Notes under the pieces: generated by a model
Database searches by the model: none
Seen by the model: only the letters and a program-made list of their open reading frames with translations
What the model was told of the DNA's origin: nothing
Translations under genes and position numbers: made by a program
Assembly (NCBI GenBank): GCA_030446685.1
Contig: JAUJMV010000039.1
Coordinates: 15,447 to 79,446, forward strand
Source of the DNA: Thermomicrobiales bacterium
GTDB lineage: Bacteria; Chloroflexota; Chloroflexia; Thermomicrobiales; CADCWN01
Length of the DNA: 64,000 bases
Reading direction: 5' to 3'
Part shown: positions 22,246 through 34,596 of the stretch, one piece after another
Position numbering within the stretch: the first letter of the stretch is position 1
Layout of the letters: the number at the start of each line of letters is the position of its first letter

Positions 22246-22309
22246 CCGGGCGGGCGCGAGCGCCACGCTGTCATACGATCCGCCCGTATGTCCCCCAGGG
22301 ACATCGCGC

Positions 22310-22337
22310 TTGACACCAGGCGCGGGGCGCATAATTT
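22310..22337 (+). promoter_or_regulatory. sigma-70-like promoter candidate
   Basis: A perfect TTGACA at 22310..22315 is followed after 15-16 nt by ATAATT/TAATTT. It lies about 150 nt upstream of the creatininase-like gene. Confidence 0.3.
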
Positions 22338-22485
22338 GGCATCCTCGGCGCCGGCCCGCAGGGGTGCTACGATCGCCGCCAGGGCGCTGGGGCACGGGGA
22401 GTGGCAGCGTCGTTGATGGTCGTGTCGCATTTGGAGGCGCTCGGCTCGCGCGGTCGCGCCGGCCGGTGCCGGAGGGAGGGGGCGG

Positions 22486-23316
22486 ATGGCGGAGCGGGGA
22501 CGATGGCTGCACGAGCGGCGCTGGCCGGAGATCCGGGCCCACCTGGAGCGCGACGACGTCGCCCTGCTGCCGGTCGGGTCCACGGAGCAGCACGGGCGAC
22601 ACCTGCCGGTCATGACCGACGCCGCCGAGGCGATCGCCGTGGCCGTCGGCGCCGCCGCGCGGGCCGGCGTGTTGATCGCCCCGCCGCTCTGGTACGGCTG
22701 GACCGCGCACCACATGGCCTACCCCGACGCTCACCCTGCGGGCCGAGACGCTCACCGCCGTGGTCGAGGACGTCTCGCCAGAGCCTCCTCTAGGGCTTCG
22801 GGCGGCTGATCATCAACGGGCACCGCGTGGCGAATCTCCCGCCGCTCGAAATCGCGGCCGTCAAGGTCCGCAACCGCACCGGCGGGCGCATCCTCATCTA
22901 CGACCTGGCCCTCAGCGCCCGCCGGGAGCTCGCGGCGCTCACGTCGGGGAGCCGGGGGCGGTGGGGCACGCCTGCGAGGACGAGACCTCCCAGATGCTGC
23001 ACAGCCACGGGCACCTGGTCGCGATGGAGGAGGCCCGGCGGGCGGTCCACCCGCCCGAGGGCAAGTATGCCCTCGGCGCGTTTGCCTCGCCCGACCCCAC
23101 CGCCGCCGGGCTCAACGCCGTCTGGAGCGGCGCGACGGTCGAGGAGTTCGCCGGGCGCACGGCGGAAAGCGGTGGGGTCAGCGGCGACCCGACCCGGGCG
23201 AGCGCGCGGAGAAGGGCCGGCAGATCCTGGAGGCACAGGTCGCCAACGTGTGCGAGTTGATCGCCCACAGCCGCACCCTGCCCGTCGAGCGCAAGGCGTT
23301 CCCGATCCCGCTGTAG
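22486..23316 (+). pseudogene. creatininase (creatinine amidohydrolase) family protein, several frameshifts
   Basis: LLPVGSTEQHGRHLPV, INGHRVANLPPLE and GHACEDETSQML lie in different frames. The tail ERKAFPIPL ends at 23316. Confidence 0.75.
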
Positions 23317-23340
23317 GTGTCGTGGCTCCTTGCGCCATCG

Positions 23341-24325
23341 GCGGATGCGTCAGGACTCAGATTTCGGCTTGCGTGGGTGAGCCTCTTCAGCTACGGTGGC
23401 GGCGACTGCTGCCACGGAGAGGAGGAGCCGGTGCCCTGTCCCCACTGTGCCTCACCGACGACCGCCGAGCGTGCCCAGCGCATCACGCCGGGCTATCGCA
23501 CCTACCGCTGCCACGCCTGTCGGCGCAGCTTCAATGAACGCACCGGCACCCCTTCAACTACCTCGAGTACCCGACCGATCTCGTCCTGCTCGTGGTGCTC
23601 TGGCGGCTGCGTTAGCAAGCTCAGCTTGCGCGATCTGGCGGAGATGTTCCTGGAGCGCGGCTTCGTCTTCACCCATGAGACCGTCCGCGACTGGGAGGCG
23701 CGCTTCGCCCCGCTACTGGCCGAGCACCTGCGCGCCAAGCGGCGGGGACAGGCGGGCCGCTCGTGGTACGTGGACGAGACCTACGTCAAAGTCAACGGCA
23801 CCTGGTGCTACCTCTACCGAGCCATCGACCGGGAGGGCAACCTCGTCGACGCGCGGCTGAGCGAGACGCGTGACATGGACGGGGCGCAGCAGTTCTTCCG
23901 CCAGGCCGTCGCCACCGTGGGCCAGCGCCTCGACCGGGTGACCACCGATGGTCACGATGTGTATCCTCGCGCCATTTGGGAGACGCTGGGTGACGACGTG
24001 GCGCATCGGTGTAGTCGCTACCTCAACAACCGCACTGGAACAGGACCATCGGGGCATCAAGCAGCGCTACTACCCCATGCGCGGGTTTGGGCGTATCGCC
24101 TCTGCCGCCCGGTTCTGCCCCCTACGAGGAACAGCGCCAGTACTTCCGGGCACGCCAGAAGATGGGCGAGCAGGTCTCGCTCGCGGAGCGACGCCGCCTG
24201 TTTCGCGATCGATGGACGACCCTGCTGGGTGAGGTCCTGGCCGCATAACCGCAGACCAAGCGCTGGGCGAGACATGTTGCGCGCACCATCGTGAGCTGTC
24301 GCGCTCCCAGTCCTGACGCATCCGC
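23341..24325 (+). mobile_element. IS6-family-like insertion sequence (985 bp, 17-bp terminal inverted repeats)
   Basis: GCGGATGCGTCAGGACT at 23341..23357, with its exact reverse complement at 24309..24325. Confidence 0.7.
23431..24248 (+). pseudogene. IS6-family DDE transposase, frameshifted
   Basis: CPHC...YRCHAC zinc-finger-like N-terminus, then WYVDETYVKVNGTWCYLYRAIDREGNLVD, TDGHDVYP and LEQDHRGIKQRYYPMRGF. At least three frames are used. Confidence 0.7.
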
Positions 24326-24758
24326 ACGCGCGCGCGGCGGGGGGCCTGGCGCACGGCCGGGGTCCCATCCGCGCCGGTGGCCCCCGCCCTCCGTCCGAGC
24401 CGCCCTTCGTCGCATCGCCGGCCTCGTAGCCTACCACGGGGGACCGCTGCGCTCGGCGGGCGGGGAGCCGCCGCTGTCGCCACCCTTGACCGCCCGCCGC
24501 CCCCGTGGTGCGGCCGGGCCGGGCGACGCGACGGGCGGCTCCGGACGGAGGGCGGGGCGGAGAGCCCCGCGCCGGTCGGGGTTTGACAGCAGAGCGCCCG
24601 CGGGCGCGTCTGGTGTGGGGCTCCGCTCGGGGACTCTCCCCCGGAGTGGCGTGCCGGGAGGTGCTGCCCCCGCCCCCCTCGTCGGTTTCGTCTCGTGGCC
24701 CGACCCGCCGCGCAGGGCTTGACCAGCGATGGGGGGCGGCCGTGGTCCCGCGCCCGTG

Positions 24759-24962
24759 CTAGAACGTGTTGCTCCGCGGCGCAGCGCCCCCAGCAGGACG
24801 TAGACGAGGACCGTCGGGAGGAGGCTCGGCGGGGGATGGCCACGGCCAGCAGCACCGTGGCCAGGCGCACCAGGCGCGGGTCCCACCCGTAGCGGTGGGC
24901 GATCCCCCGCACACCCCCAGCAGCCAGCGATCGCGACGCGCGCGTTGCCAGTTGTCCATCAC
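24759..24962 (-). pseudogene. small PspC-domain membrane protein, frameshifted at G/C homopolymers
   Basis: MDNWQRARRDRWLLGVCGG-IAHRYGWDPRLVRLATVLLAVAIP-PSLLPTVLVYVLLGA is assembled from three frames. The shifts coincide with GGGGG and CCCCC runs. Confidence 0.6.
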
Positions 24963-25206
24963 GCCCCCCCGTGCGTCGTGCGGCCTCTGCTACACTCCCG
25001 CTGCTCGCCGGTGCTCACGACACCGCGAGCCGCGCCGCGTAGGTCACTCTACGCGCCGCTTTTCCTCCGGCATCCCCGTTGTGGCCGCCGCAAGCCCTCG
25101 ACCTCGGCGGCATCGACCAGCTTCCTGCCGGCGATCCAGCGCGTTGTAGAAGACGGTGAGGCGCCCTTCCTTCACCAGCCAGCGCGATCGTGTTCTTGCT
25201 CGTGGC

Positions 25207-26199
25207 TAGAGCGGTTTGCAGAAGGGTTGGCGTGGTGCGAGACTGGGGGCATGAGGGCGTACTCGCTCGATCTGCGCCGGATCGTCGCCGCGGTGGCTGC
25301 GGGCATGAGCAAGCATGAGGCGGCGCGGGTCTATCAGGTCAGCGTGATGACCGTGCGACAGTACCTGAAGCTGCACGCGGCGGACCGCCTCCCGCCCCAA
25401 GCCGATCCCGGGCCGCCGGCGGGAGATCGGGTCGGCGGACGAGGCGGCGCTGCGGGCGCTGGTCGCGGCCGACCCGGGAGGCCACGCTGGCGCAGCCGCG
25501 CGGCGTGGGCGCGGGAGCACGAGGTGGCCGTCAGCCGGGCGACGATGAGCCGGGCGCTGGGCGCGCGGGGCTGCGGCGAAAAAAGTCGCTGATCGCCGCC
25601 GAGCGCGACGAGGCAGCGCGCGCGGCCTGGCGCGCGGAGCACCAGGTCGGCCCGGCGGACGACCTGGTCTTCGTCGACGAGTGCGGGCGCACGTCGCGCT
25701 GACGCCGCAGTACGCCTGGGCGCCGGGCGGCGCGCGCGCCTACGGGGCGGTGCTGCACCGGCGGGGAGAACACCACCCTCATCGCCGCCCTCTCCACCGC
25801 CGGGCTGGGCGCGGCGATGACGCTGCGCGGGGCGGCGGACGGCGCCGCCTTCGAGGCCTACGTCGAGCACGCGCTGGCGCCGACGCGCGCTGCGGCCGGG
25901 CCAGACGGTGGTCATGGACAACCTCAGCGCCCACAAGTGCCCGCGGGTGCGCGAACTGCTCGCGGCCCGCGGCTGCCGGGTGCTGTTCCTGCCACCCTAC
26001 TCGCCCGACCTGGCCCCAATCGAGCCGTGGCCTTCTCGAAGGTCAAGAGCGCCCTGCGCCGCGCCGGCGCCCGCACCCACGACGCGCTCGCCGCGGCGTT
26101 CGGGCCGGCCCTCGACGCCGTCACGCCGCAGGACGCCCACGGCTGGTTCCGCCACTGCGGCTACCACCTCCCGGAGCAACCTTTATGAAACCCGCTCTA
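25207..26199 (+). mobile_element. IS630/Tc1-mariner-type insertion sequence flanked by TA
   Basis: Ends TAGAGCGGTTT (25207) and AAACCCGCTCTA (26188..26199), so both have a terminal TA. The transposase lies inside. Confidence 0.7.
25251..26188 (+). pseudogene. IS630-family transposase, multiple frameshifts
   Basis: MRAYSLDLRR-IVAAVAAGMSKHEAARVYQVSVMTV (HTH), LVFVDECG, VVMDNLSAHK and LFLPPYSPDL-PIE are spread over three frames. Confidence 0.75.
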
Positions 26200-26200
26200 G

Positions 26201-26288
26201 GTGTCCGTGCGTCACCAGGGGTGTGACGTTGAGTAGTCGGTTGGGGTGGGGGGAGATCCGGCAGCAATCTGGGAGAGGCTTTGGGGAG
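26201..26288. repeat. repeat module A, copy 1
   Basis: GTGTCCGTGCGTCACCAGGGGTGTGACGTTGAG matches 57520 onward for 33 identical nt. A gapped match then follows through GGTTGGGGTGGGG..AGATC..CAATCTGGGAGAGG..CTTT.GGGGAG. Confidence 0.75.
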
Positions 26289-26773
26289 CTTTTGGGGAAG
26301 TGATGAGCGGGGGCTTCGGCTCCCGCAACTCTCTTTTCGGATAGGCTGTAAGTGCCTTGCTCATCTGAACCGGTACGGTGCCCGATCCGCTTGCGGTAGT
26401 TGCTTGCTCAAGGCTGACGGGGTTGCCGTTCTTGATGTGCAGACTCCACGCGGGCCGAGACCCTGATAACAGGTGCCATCGTCCATGATCTTGGCCTTGC
26501 TTGCCGCGTGGCCCATGAGCATCGCGAACGGATGGGCCAGTGAGGGCGGTTGTCGGGCCTCAAAGAGGCCTGGAAGGATGGTGCCGGGGACCGAGGCGGT
26601 GGCGCTCCGCGACGGTCGTGCCGCCCGCCGCGGGCGGCACGGCGCTCTGGCACGGAAACTGCGGCGCCTGGGAGGAACGGCGCGACCGCCGGGGCGCCAG
26701 GGCTACGCCGGGAAGGGCGCCGAACCGCGGTTGCGGGACGGACGCACGGAGACGCACAGAGAGGAGGCCCCTG

Positions 26774-28862
26774 ATGGCGATCCATCCGGAGCGGCGCTGG
26801 ACGGCGACGCGGCGGCGCTTCCTGTACCTGACCGGGCTGGCGGCGACCGGCCTCGTCGCGGCGGCCTGCGGCGGCGACGAGTTGCCCGGCCAGACGCCGC
26901 GAGCGCAGACCCCGGCGGCGCCGGCGCCGGCGCCCGCCGCGCAGCCAACCGCACGCCGCCCAGCAGCCCACGGCGGGCGCGCCCCAGGCGGGCGGGCCGC
27001 CGACCCCGCGTGTCGCCTCCAAGGCCTACCGGGAGGCGCCGCAACTCGCCCCAGCTCGTCAAGGACGGCAAAGAAGCTGCCGCCGGTGCAGGAGCGCCTG
27101 CCGCAGGACCCGCTGGTCCTCGGCTGGTCGAGAAGACCGGGCAGTACGGCGGCACCTGGCGCCTGGGCCTCGTCGGCGGGCAGGACACCGCCTGGTTGAC
27201 CCGCACCCTCAGCTACGAGCACCTGGTCCGCTGGGATGTCGAGTGGACCAGGTGATCCCCAACGTCGCGGCCTCGTTCCAGGCCGACCCGGACGCCAAGG
27301 CGTACACCTTCACGCTCCGCGAGGGGCTGAGGCGGTCGGACGGCCAGCCCTACAGCGCCGATGACATCGTCTTCTACGTCGAGGACATCCACAAGAACAA
27401 GGAGTTGACGCCCAGCCGCGGCAACAACCCGCCCGAGGTCGAGAAGGTCGATCAGTACACCGTCAAGATCATTCGCGACGCCGAACGGCCTCTTCCTCAA
27501 GGATCCTCGCCACCCCGAGCGGCGACGACTGGACGCGCTACCCGGCGCACTACCTCAAGCAGTTCCATCAGGAGTACAACACGACCACCCTCGCCCAGCT
27601 CGTCAAGCAGAACAACGCTGAGGACTGGGTCTGCTCTTCCGGCTCAAGGGGATGGGTATCCCCGGCACCCCCTACAATGCCCAGTGGTCGAACCCCGAGC
27701 TGCCGACGCTGCACGCCTGGCGGATCGTCGAGCCGTATGGCGGCGGTCCCCGTGTGGTGGCGGAGCGCAACCCCTTCTACTTCAAGGTCGGCACCGAGGG
27801 CCACCAGCTCCCCTACGTCGACCGCCTCGTCTACGACGTCTACCAGGACAAGGAGGCACTGGTCCTCAAGGCGCTCAACGGCGAGATCGACATGCAGGAC
27901 CGCCACATCGCCACGCTGCAGAACAAGGCGGTCTTCGCCGACAACCGGCAGAAGGGCGGCTACCGCTTCTACGAGGTCACCGGCAGCGGCAACACCAGCC
28001 TCGCGCTCAACCTGACGCACAAGGACCCGGTCAGGCGGCAGATCTTCCAGCACCAGGACTTCCGCATCGGCCTCTCCCACGCCATCAACCGCCAGGAGGT
28101 CAGCGACGTCGTCTACGTCGGGCAGGGCGAGCCCTACCAGATCGCCCCAGGGCCGGAGTCGGTGTTCTACAATGAGAAGCTGGCCAAGCAGTACACCGAG
28201 TACGACGTCAAGAAGGCCAACGCGCACCTCGACAAGGTGCTGCCGAACAAGGACGGCGAGGGCTTCCGGCTGGGGCCGGACGGCAAGCGCCTGTCCTTCA
28301 CCATCGAGGTGACCTCCGCCCTCGACCCGACCTGGGCCGACGTGGTGCGCGGTCGAGGGCTACTGGCGCAAGGTCGGGGTCGACGCGCACGTGAAGGTCG
28401 AAGACCGCCTGCTGCTGTACACCCGCAAGAACGCCAACGAGCACGACGCGGTCGTCTGGGGCGGCGGCGGCGACGTGGGGCTCGGCACGATCCTGGACCC
28501 GCGCTGGTAAAAACCCTTCAGCGACGAGTCGAACTACGCCGAGGCCTGGGCGAGCTGGTTCCGCAACCCGTCGGGGCCGGCGCGCTGACCGCGCCGGAGG
28601 AGCCGCCCCCGGTGGTCAAGCAGCAGATGGAGCTGTACCGCCAGCTCCAGGCGACCGCGACGAGAAGAAGCAGGTCGAGCTGATGCAGCGGATCATCGCG
28701 ATCGCCGCCGACCAGTTCTACGTCATCGGCGTCACCCTCGTGGGGGGGCGGCTACGGCATCGTCAAGAACAACTTCAAGAACGTGCCCGAGAAGATGATC
28801 GGCTCTGGCAGTACCCCACCCCTGCTCCGACGAACCCACCGCAGTACTTCTTCGAGTCGTAA
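26774..28862 (+). pseudogene. ABC transporter substrate-binding protein, family 5, paralog 2; many frameshifts plus an in-frame stop
   Basis: RRRFLYLTGLAATGLVAAACGG N-terminus. Homology to paralogs 1 and 3 hops between all three frames at least 7 times. A TAA at 28508..28510 replaces the conserved Y/F codon in front of the PFSD motif. It ends in QYFFES. Confidence 0.8.
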
Positions 28863-29049
28863 CCCGCGCGCGGACAATCGCCTCCATGAGGGCGCCGGCG
28901 CGGGACATGACCCCGCCGCCGGCGCGGCGCTTCGCCTCTTCGGGAGGGGCCGGCACGGGGCCGGCCCGCCTGGGCATTGTCAAGATAACTGGGCGGCGCT
29001 TGAAACGGTGCCACATGCAATACCAGGATCTGGCCCACTGCTGTTCGGT

Positions 29050-29520
29050 TGACGCATCAAGAGCGGCACCGCGCTGACCGCGACCACGAGCGCACGCTGG
29101 TGGTCACGCTGACGTACCCAATGCCGCTCTACATGCGCAGTGGCGCTTACCAGCGCGTGGCGCTGCGCGAGCGGGGTGCGACGAACCCGCGCGCGCAGGG
29201 ACGGCCGGCGGCGGGCTCCGGTCGTGGTGGGCACCAGTCATCGGGCGCGGCCACCATACCGCTACCGCCTGCGCTCGCACACCGATACAACGATCGAGCG
29301 CGCTGGCTCATGCTTGATGCGCGCAACGGCTACTGGGCTGAGGCCCCGGTGATGCTGGGCGAGGATGCGGGGCAGCAGCGCACCGGCCCCCAGGCGCTCG
29401 CCACGCTGCGCAACGGCGTGCTCAACCTGCTGCGCGCCGCCAGCCGGACTACCAGCGCCGATGCCCTGCGCCTCCTCGGCACACTACCCGACGGACTTTG
29501 CCACCATCCGCTCCCGGTCC
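29050..29520 (+). pseudogene. ISAs1-family-like transposase, degenerate C-terminal remnant
   Basis: RARWLMLDARNGYWAEAPVMLGEDAGQQRTGPQALATLRNGVLNLLRAA resembles the HW-IEN-LH-VLDV-F-ED-R-R-G-P-N-A-LR-ALNLL tail of ISAs1-type transposases. Confidence 0.5.
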
Positions 29521-29569
29521 CCCCGCCCGCGCGCCGACCCGTCGACCCGCCTAACCCCCCGCCCGCCCC

Positions 29570-31441
29570 TCAGCCCTTCACCCAGTTGGCGATATTCCAG
29601 TAGTCGACGTCCCACAGGTGTAGTTGATGTTCTTGAGCGCCTTCGTTCGCGCGAAGACGCTCCTGCGCTGGACCAGCGGGACGTTGACGTAGTCCTGGAT
29701 CACGATGTCGTTCATCTGGACGAAGAGCTGCGCGCTTCTCGGGATCGAGCTTGCCGTCTTCGCCGCGTCCCACAGCCGGTCGTGGCGGGGTTCTGGTAGC
29801 GGTTGTTGTTCCCCGCGACCACTGGTTCCTCTTCGTGTTGATGTACGCCGAGTGGTAGATGCGCATGTAGTTCTGGGGTCGAAGCCGCCGCTGGTGGTGT
29901 CCGATCTGCACGTCGCTGTAGAACTTGCCGAGGGTGTCGGGGTTGCCGGCGTCGGACGAGAAGGCGACGCCGGCGTCGATCGACTTGAGCTCGGCCTTGA
30001 CGCCGATCCGCTCCCAGCCGTCCTTGACGATCTGCTGCGTCTTCTGCTGCACGCTGTTGACCGAGGTCTGGTAGAGGACCGAGAGGACGACCCCGCCCTT
30101 CTCGCGGTAGCCGCTGGCCCCCTTCTTCCAGCCCGCCTCGTCCAGCAGCGCGTTGGCGCGCTCGATGCTGAACTCGGCCTTGTTGTTCGCCGAGCGGTAC
30201 TGCGGCGGGTCGTTGAGGATGTTGGTCGTCACCTCGCCGCCGCGACCGTAGAGCGCCTTGACGATCGCCTCGCGGTCGGTGGCCAGGGTGAGGGCCTGAC
30301 GGTCGATGTATCGGTCAGAAGGGTGCGGTGGCGCCTTCAGGCTGGACCGCTCCCCGTCGACCTCCTCGTGCGGATCGGTGAAGTTGTAGAAGTTGCGCTC
30401 GATCCCGCCGCCGGCCTGGAATTCGGCCACCCCTTGCCGCCGGTTTCGAGCTGCTTGATGTCTGGTCCTCGATCTGCAAGTTCCAGGCGTAGTCGTAGTC
30501 GCCGGTCTGCAGCAGCACCGCGCGCCGCCGAGGTCGCGTCGCCGCCCTTGACCTCCACGCGGTCGAAGTGGGGCTTGCCCGGCTCGCGGTACTGCTCGTT
30601 GATCGCGTAGGTGACCAGGTCGCCCGGCTTGAACTCGACCACCTTGTACGGGCCGGTGCCGACCGGCTTGAGGTTGTTGGGGGAGTTGCGCGCCGCCGCG
30701 CCTTGTCCGCCGCGAAGACGTGCCGCGGGATGATCGGGGACTGGGCGGAGCGGAACCAGCCGGGGTCGGGCCGGTGAAGGCGATCCTGACGGTCAGGTCG
30801 TCGACCTTCTCGTACCGCTCCACGTCCTCGTAGAGCCGAACGTCGTCGCCGCGGTCGCCTTGTCGGTGGCGTACTCCCAGGTGAAGACGACGTCGTCGGC
30901 GGTGCAGGGGCGGCCGTCGCTCCACAGCAGGCCCGGTTGCAGCGTGATGGTGGCGCTGCCGGGCCGTCGGCGGCTGGCCGTTGGCGGCCGAGGGGATCTC
31001 GGCGGCGAGGACCGGGACGTAGTTGCCCTCGTTGTCGAAGGTGATCAGCGGCTCGTTGACGATGCGGGTCACCAGGTTGTCCTTCGTCCCCGACGAGGTG
31101 GTAGTTGGTCGTCGCCGCCTGCCACTGGATGATCTTCAGCGTGCCGCCGCCGCCGCGCCGGGCCGCGGCGGGCGCCACTGTCGGCGCGTCGTCGCGGGGC
31201 GCGGCGCGCCTGTGGCGGTCGGGGCGGGCGCCGCGGCGGCCGCGGTGGTGGCCGTCGGCTGGGGCGGGGCGCCGGTGGGCGCCGGGCTGGCCGCGCCGCA
31301 GGCGGCGAGGGCCGCGGCGATGGCCGACGCCGAGAGCCCGAGCGCGGCGGCGCGGCGGATGAAGTCGCGGCGGCAAGGCCGGCCGGCGCGCAGGTCGCGT
31401 TCGAGCCGGGCGCGATCGTCCGTTGCTGCGTAACCGGGCAT
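29570..31441 (-). pseudogene. ABC transporter substrate-binding protein, family 5 (a different subfamily from paralogs 1-3), many frameshifts
   Basis: Tat-type N-terminus RRDFIRRAAALGLSASAIAAALAACG (ORF 31136..31441). The body has IVNEPLITFDNEGNYVPVLAAEIPS and the tail WDVDYWNIANWVKG (ORF 29570..31072). The middle is scrambled across frames. Confidence 0.8.
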
Positions 31442-31520
31442 GGTCTGTCCCTCCTCCTGATGCTGCGTCCTGCCGACACGCTGGCGCCGCGCGCATTCCG
31501 AGTTGCCCCTAGCATACCAC

Positions 31521-31826
31521 GCTCGGCCACCTGATCAGGATGTCGGCCCACCGGCCCCTCTGCGCATCGGAAAGGTGGACTGCTGCTGCGTGAGCCGGCG
31601 TGGGTGCTGCTGTGGAGAAGTGCTCGTCCAAACGGTTGTTGCATCGCCGCCGTAGCACACCTCCTCAGAACCTGGTTACCAGGTCTCGGCCCTGTGGGCA
31701 GCGTGCGCATGGAGCATGAGACAGCGGGAACTGCCTATCGCGCCGGAGAGCCAAGCGCCGGCATCCGGTCTCGTTCTTGATGCGCAGGTTCGGCAATGGG
31801 CTGAGACCCTGATCAGGTGGCCGAGC
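31521..31826. repeat. 19-bp perfect inverted repeat pair with a 268-bp spacer
   Basis: GCTCGGCCACCTGATCAGG at 31521..31539 and CCTGATCAGGTGGCCGAGC at 31808..31826. Confidence 0.85.
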
Positions 31827-32560
31827 AGGCGGAGCTGACGCCGTCCTACCTGGCCTTCATGGCCATGGCGGGCATCCTGGCGGGGGTGGCCCTGCTGACC
31901 AACCGGTGCCGATCCTGGTCGGCTCAATGGTGATCGCCCGGCGTTCGCGCCGCTGGCGTTGGTCGCGTTCGCGCTCGCCGGAGGCCGGCCGGGCTGGCGC
32001 TGCGCGGCCTCGGGTCGGCCTCCTGGGGCTCGCCGCGGCCACCCTGTGCGCGATGCTGATGACCTGGGTCATGAACGTCACGGGCGTCATCCCGCCTGAG
32101 ACCAACCTGCTCAACAAGCCGCTGCTGGAGGAGCGCGTCCACCCAGGCTGGTACAGCGTGGCCGCCGCGCTCGCCGCGGGCGTCGCGGGGACAATCGCGC
32201 TCCCCAAGCAGAAGACGGACACGCTGGTGGGGACGGTGGCCGCCCTGGCGCTGGTCCCGGCCGTGCGCTCGGCGGCCTGCTGCTGCTGGGCATCAACGTG
32301 GGGCTGATCATCACGATGGGGCTCGCGGTGCTGATCATCATGGGGCGGTTCGGCCGGAAGCGCGCGGCGGTGCCGCCCAGGCGCGGGCGGCGCTGGCCCG
32401 CCTGCCGGGCGCCGAGCGGGCGCGGCGCGCCCAGGCCACCGGCGCCGCCTTCGCCGTCGCGATCGCGACGGCCATCGGCGGGGTGCTCTGGGCGGCCTAC
32501 CGGGGGCGGAAAGGCCTTGACCTGGGCCGGCTGATCGCGCCGGGATGGGGTTGCCAGAGC
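31810..32560 (+). pseudogene. DUF389-family membrane protein, 5'-truncated and frameshifted
   Basis: AEQAELTPSYLAFMAMAGILAGVALLTN, PILVGSMVIAP and [15 protein letters not shown] are spread over frames. A stop codon lies just upstream of the first homologous residue. Confidence 0.5.
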
Positions 32561-32574
32561 CGTCGACGGTGCGT

Positions 32575-32830
32575 GGCCGGCGGGATCGTCGAGTACGTGA
32601 CGGTGCTGCGGCTGGGCACGGCCGAGGCCGAGGCGCTCCTGCGCCGCTTCACGCGCACGAGCGTCCAGCACCCGACCTACGCCGCCATGGCCGGGCTGGG
32701 CAAGGTCTACAAGACCCTCTTCCTCTGCGAGTACCTGCGACTGCGCGCCTCCGGCGCGAGATCCGCGAGGGGCTGAACGTGGTGGAGAACTGGAACAGCG
32801 CCAACGGCTTCATCCGCGGCGCCCCCGGCG
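32575..32830 (+). pseudogene. Tn3-family transposase, short C-terminal fragment
   Basis: [37 protein letters not shown] followed (after a shift) by [19 protein letters not shown], a highly conserved Tn3 TnpA C-terminal string. Confidence 0.65.
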
Positions 32831-32920
32831 CTGATCGAGGAGGGTCCGCGCCCGCTCGCCGGCGGGTTCCTGGCGCGCGCCGGCCCTGGGGCGCGCGCTC
32901 GCGGAGCGACGAGCGCGCGC

Positions 32921-33480
32921 TCACGGCCGCGCGGACCGGAGGGTGAAGAGGGTGAGTTCGGGGGGCAGAAGAGCCGGATCGGGCCACACCGAACCCGATG
33001 CCCGGTTGACGTAGAGCCGGTTGCCCGGCGCGCCGTAGCCGTCGATCCAGCCGTCGGCGTGGACCGCGCCCCCTGGACCAGGCGCATCCACGACCACTCC
33101 GGCGTGAACGGCACGCGCACCTGCCCGCCGTGGGTATGCCCGGCGACCGCCAGCGGCGCGACGCCCGCGGTCGGGTCCTCGCCGGCGTGGTAGATGAAGT
33201 CGCCGGTGATCAGCGTTGGCGCGGGGCGCTCCTCGATAATCTCCTCCACCATGCGGCGCATCGTGCCGGTGTTCGCCAGCCAGATGCCGACCTGCAAATC
33301 GGAGATCTGCGCGACCCGCTGCCCGTCCCAGGCGGCGGGCAGCTGGGAGCGTCGCGGTCTCCTCCTCTTCATCGATCAGCGCGGCTCGAACAGCACGCCC
33401 CAGACGGCCAGGGAGCGCGAGGGCGCCGAGGAGCGCGATGCGGTAGATCTGACGTACCGCATTTCCGTGGCACCCGCGGC
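32921..33480 (-). pseudogene. metallophosphoesterase, frameshifted with an internal deletion
   Basis: VAQISDLQVG, ITGDFIYHAGEDP and VAGHTHGGQVRVPF are present. The roughly 80 residues normally between the GDF and GHTHGG blocks are missing. Confidence 0.6.
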
Positions 33481-33757
33481 TCCGCACGGCTCGGCGCCGC
33501 CGCGCAGATACAACCCCGGCGCCGCCCGCGGGCGGCGCCGGGGACGGGCACGCCGGGCCCAACAACACTCCGGCGCGGGATCAGCGCGCCACGATCGTCG
33601 CGCTCGCCCGCGTCGCCTGGCGCGCGGCGCGCTGAGTCGGACGAGCCCCGGCAGCGGGCGACGCACCCGCCGTGCCAGCATCCGGGGGGACGCGCTGGCC
33701 GGCCCCGACCCGGCGGTTGCGTGGCGCCCCGGGCCAGCGCGACCGCACGCTGCCCTA

Positions 33758-34596
33758 GGTTCTGTTGACGAGTTGCCGGTACACTCCGGCGGCGCGAGGG
33801 GCGTCCGGTGACGGCGTGAGGGGGCGGGGCGATGGAGCCATGCTTCAGCGAGGGCCAGTTCGACCGGCGGTACGCGCTGCTGCGGCGGGGCGGAAGATCC
33901 ACACCAGGGAGCGCGGCGATCCGCCGGTTCGTGGAGGCGATCTACTGGATGCGCCGCAGCGGCGCGCAGTGGCGCTTCCTGCCGGTCACCTACGGCGAGC
34001 GGAACAGCGTCTACCAGCGCTTCGCGCGCTGGGACGACCTCGGCGTGTGGGGGCGGCTGTTCGACCACGTGGCGGACGATCCCGCCATGCAGAGCGTGAT
34101 GATCGATGCGACCGTGGTGGGCGCACGCCTGCGCCGCCGGCGCGCCACAAAACGGCGGGCACGCCGCGCCGGAGCTCGGCGGGCGCGCGGCGGCTTCGGC
34201 ACGAAGAGCCACGTGCTCGTCGACGCCCTCGGCCACCCGCGCAGGTTCCGCCTGACGAGCGGCGCGGCGGGGGGACCTGCAGGCGACCGCGCGGCTGGCG
34301 GGCGTGCAGGCAGCGGCGGTGGCGGCGGATCGCGGCGATGACGCGGACGAGACGCTCGCCCCTCGCGAGGGGCATGCGCGCGGCGGCGACGATCCCGCCC
34401 CGCAGGAACCGGGTGGTGCAGCGCGAGTGCGACTACGCGGCGTACAAGGAGCGTCACCTGGTGGAGTGCTGCATCGGCAAGCGCAAGCACTTCCGCGCCG
34501 CTTCCGCCCGCTTCGACAAGTACGCCTGCCGCTTCCTCGCCTTCGGCCACTTCGCCAGCACGGTCATCTGGCTCAGGTACACTCGTCAACAGAACC
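33758..34596 (+). mobile_element. IS5-family (IS427-like) insertion sequence, 839 bp, 16-bp TIRs, TA duplication within CTAG
   Basis: GGTTCTGTTGACGAGT at 33758..33773, with its reverse complement at 34581..34596. The element is flanked by C-TA and TA-G. Confidence 0.8.
33832..34580 (+). pseudogene. IS5/IS427-type transposase, frameshifted
   Basis: IRRFVEAIYWMRRSGAQWRFLP (DUF4096-like), GGFGTKSHVLVDALGHP and YKERHLVECCIGKRKHFRA are spread over frames. This is more shifting than one programmed frameshift explains. Confidence 0.7.
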
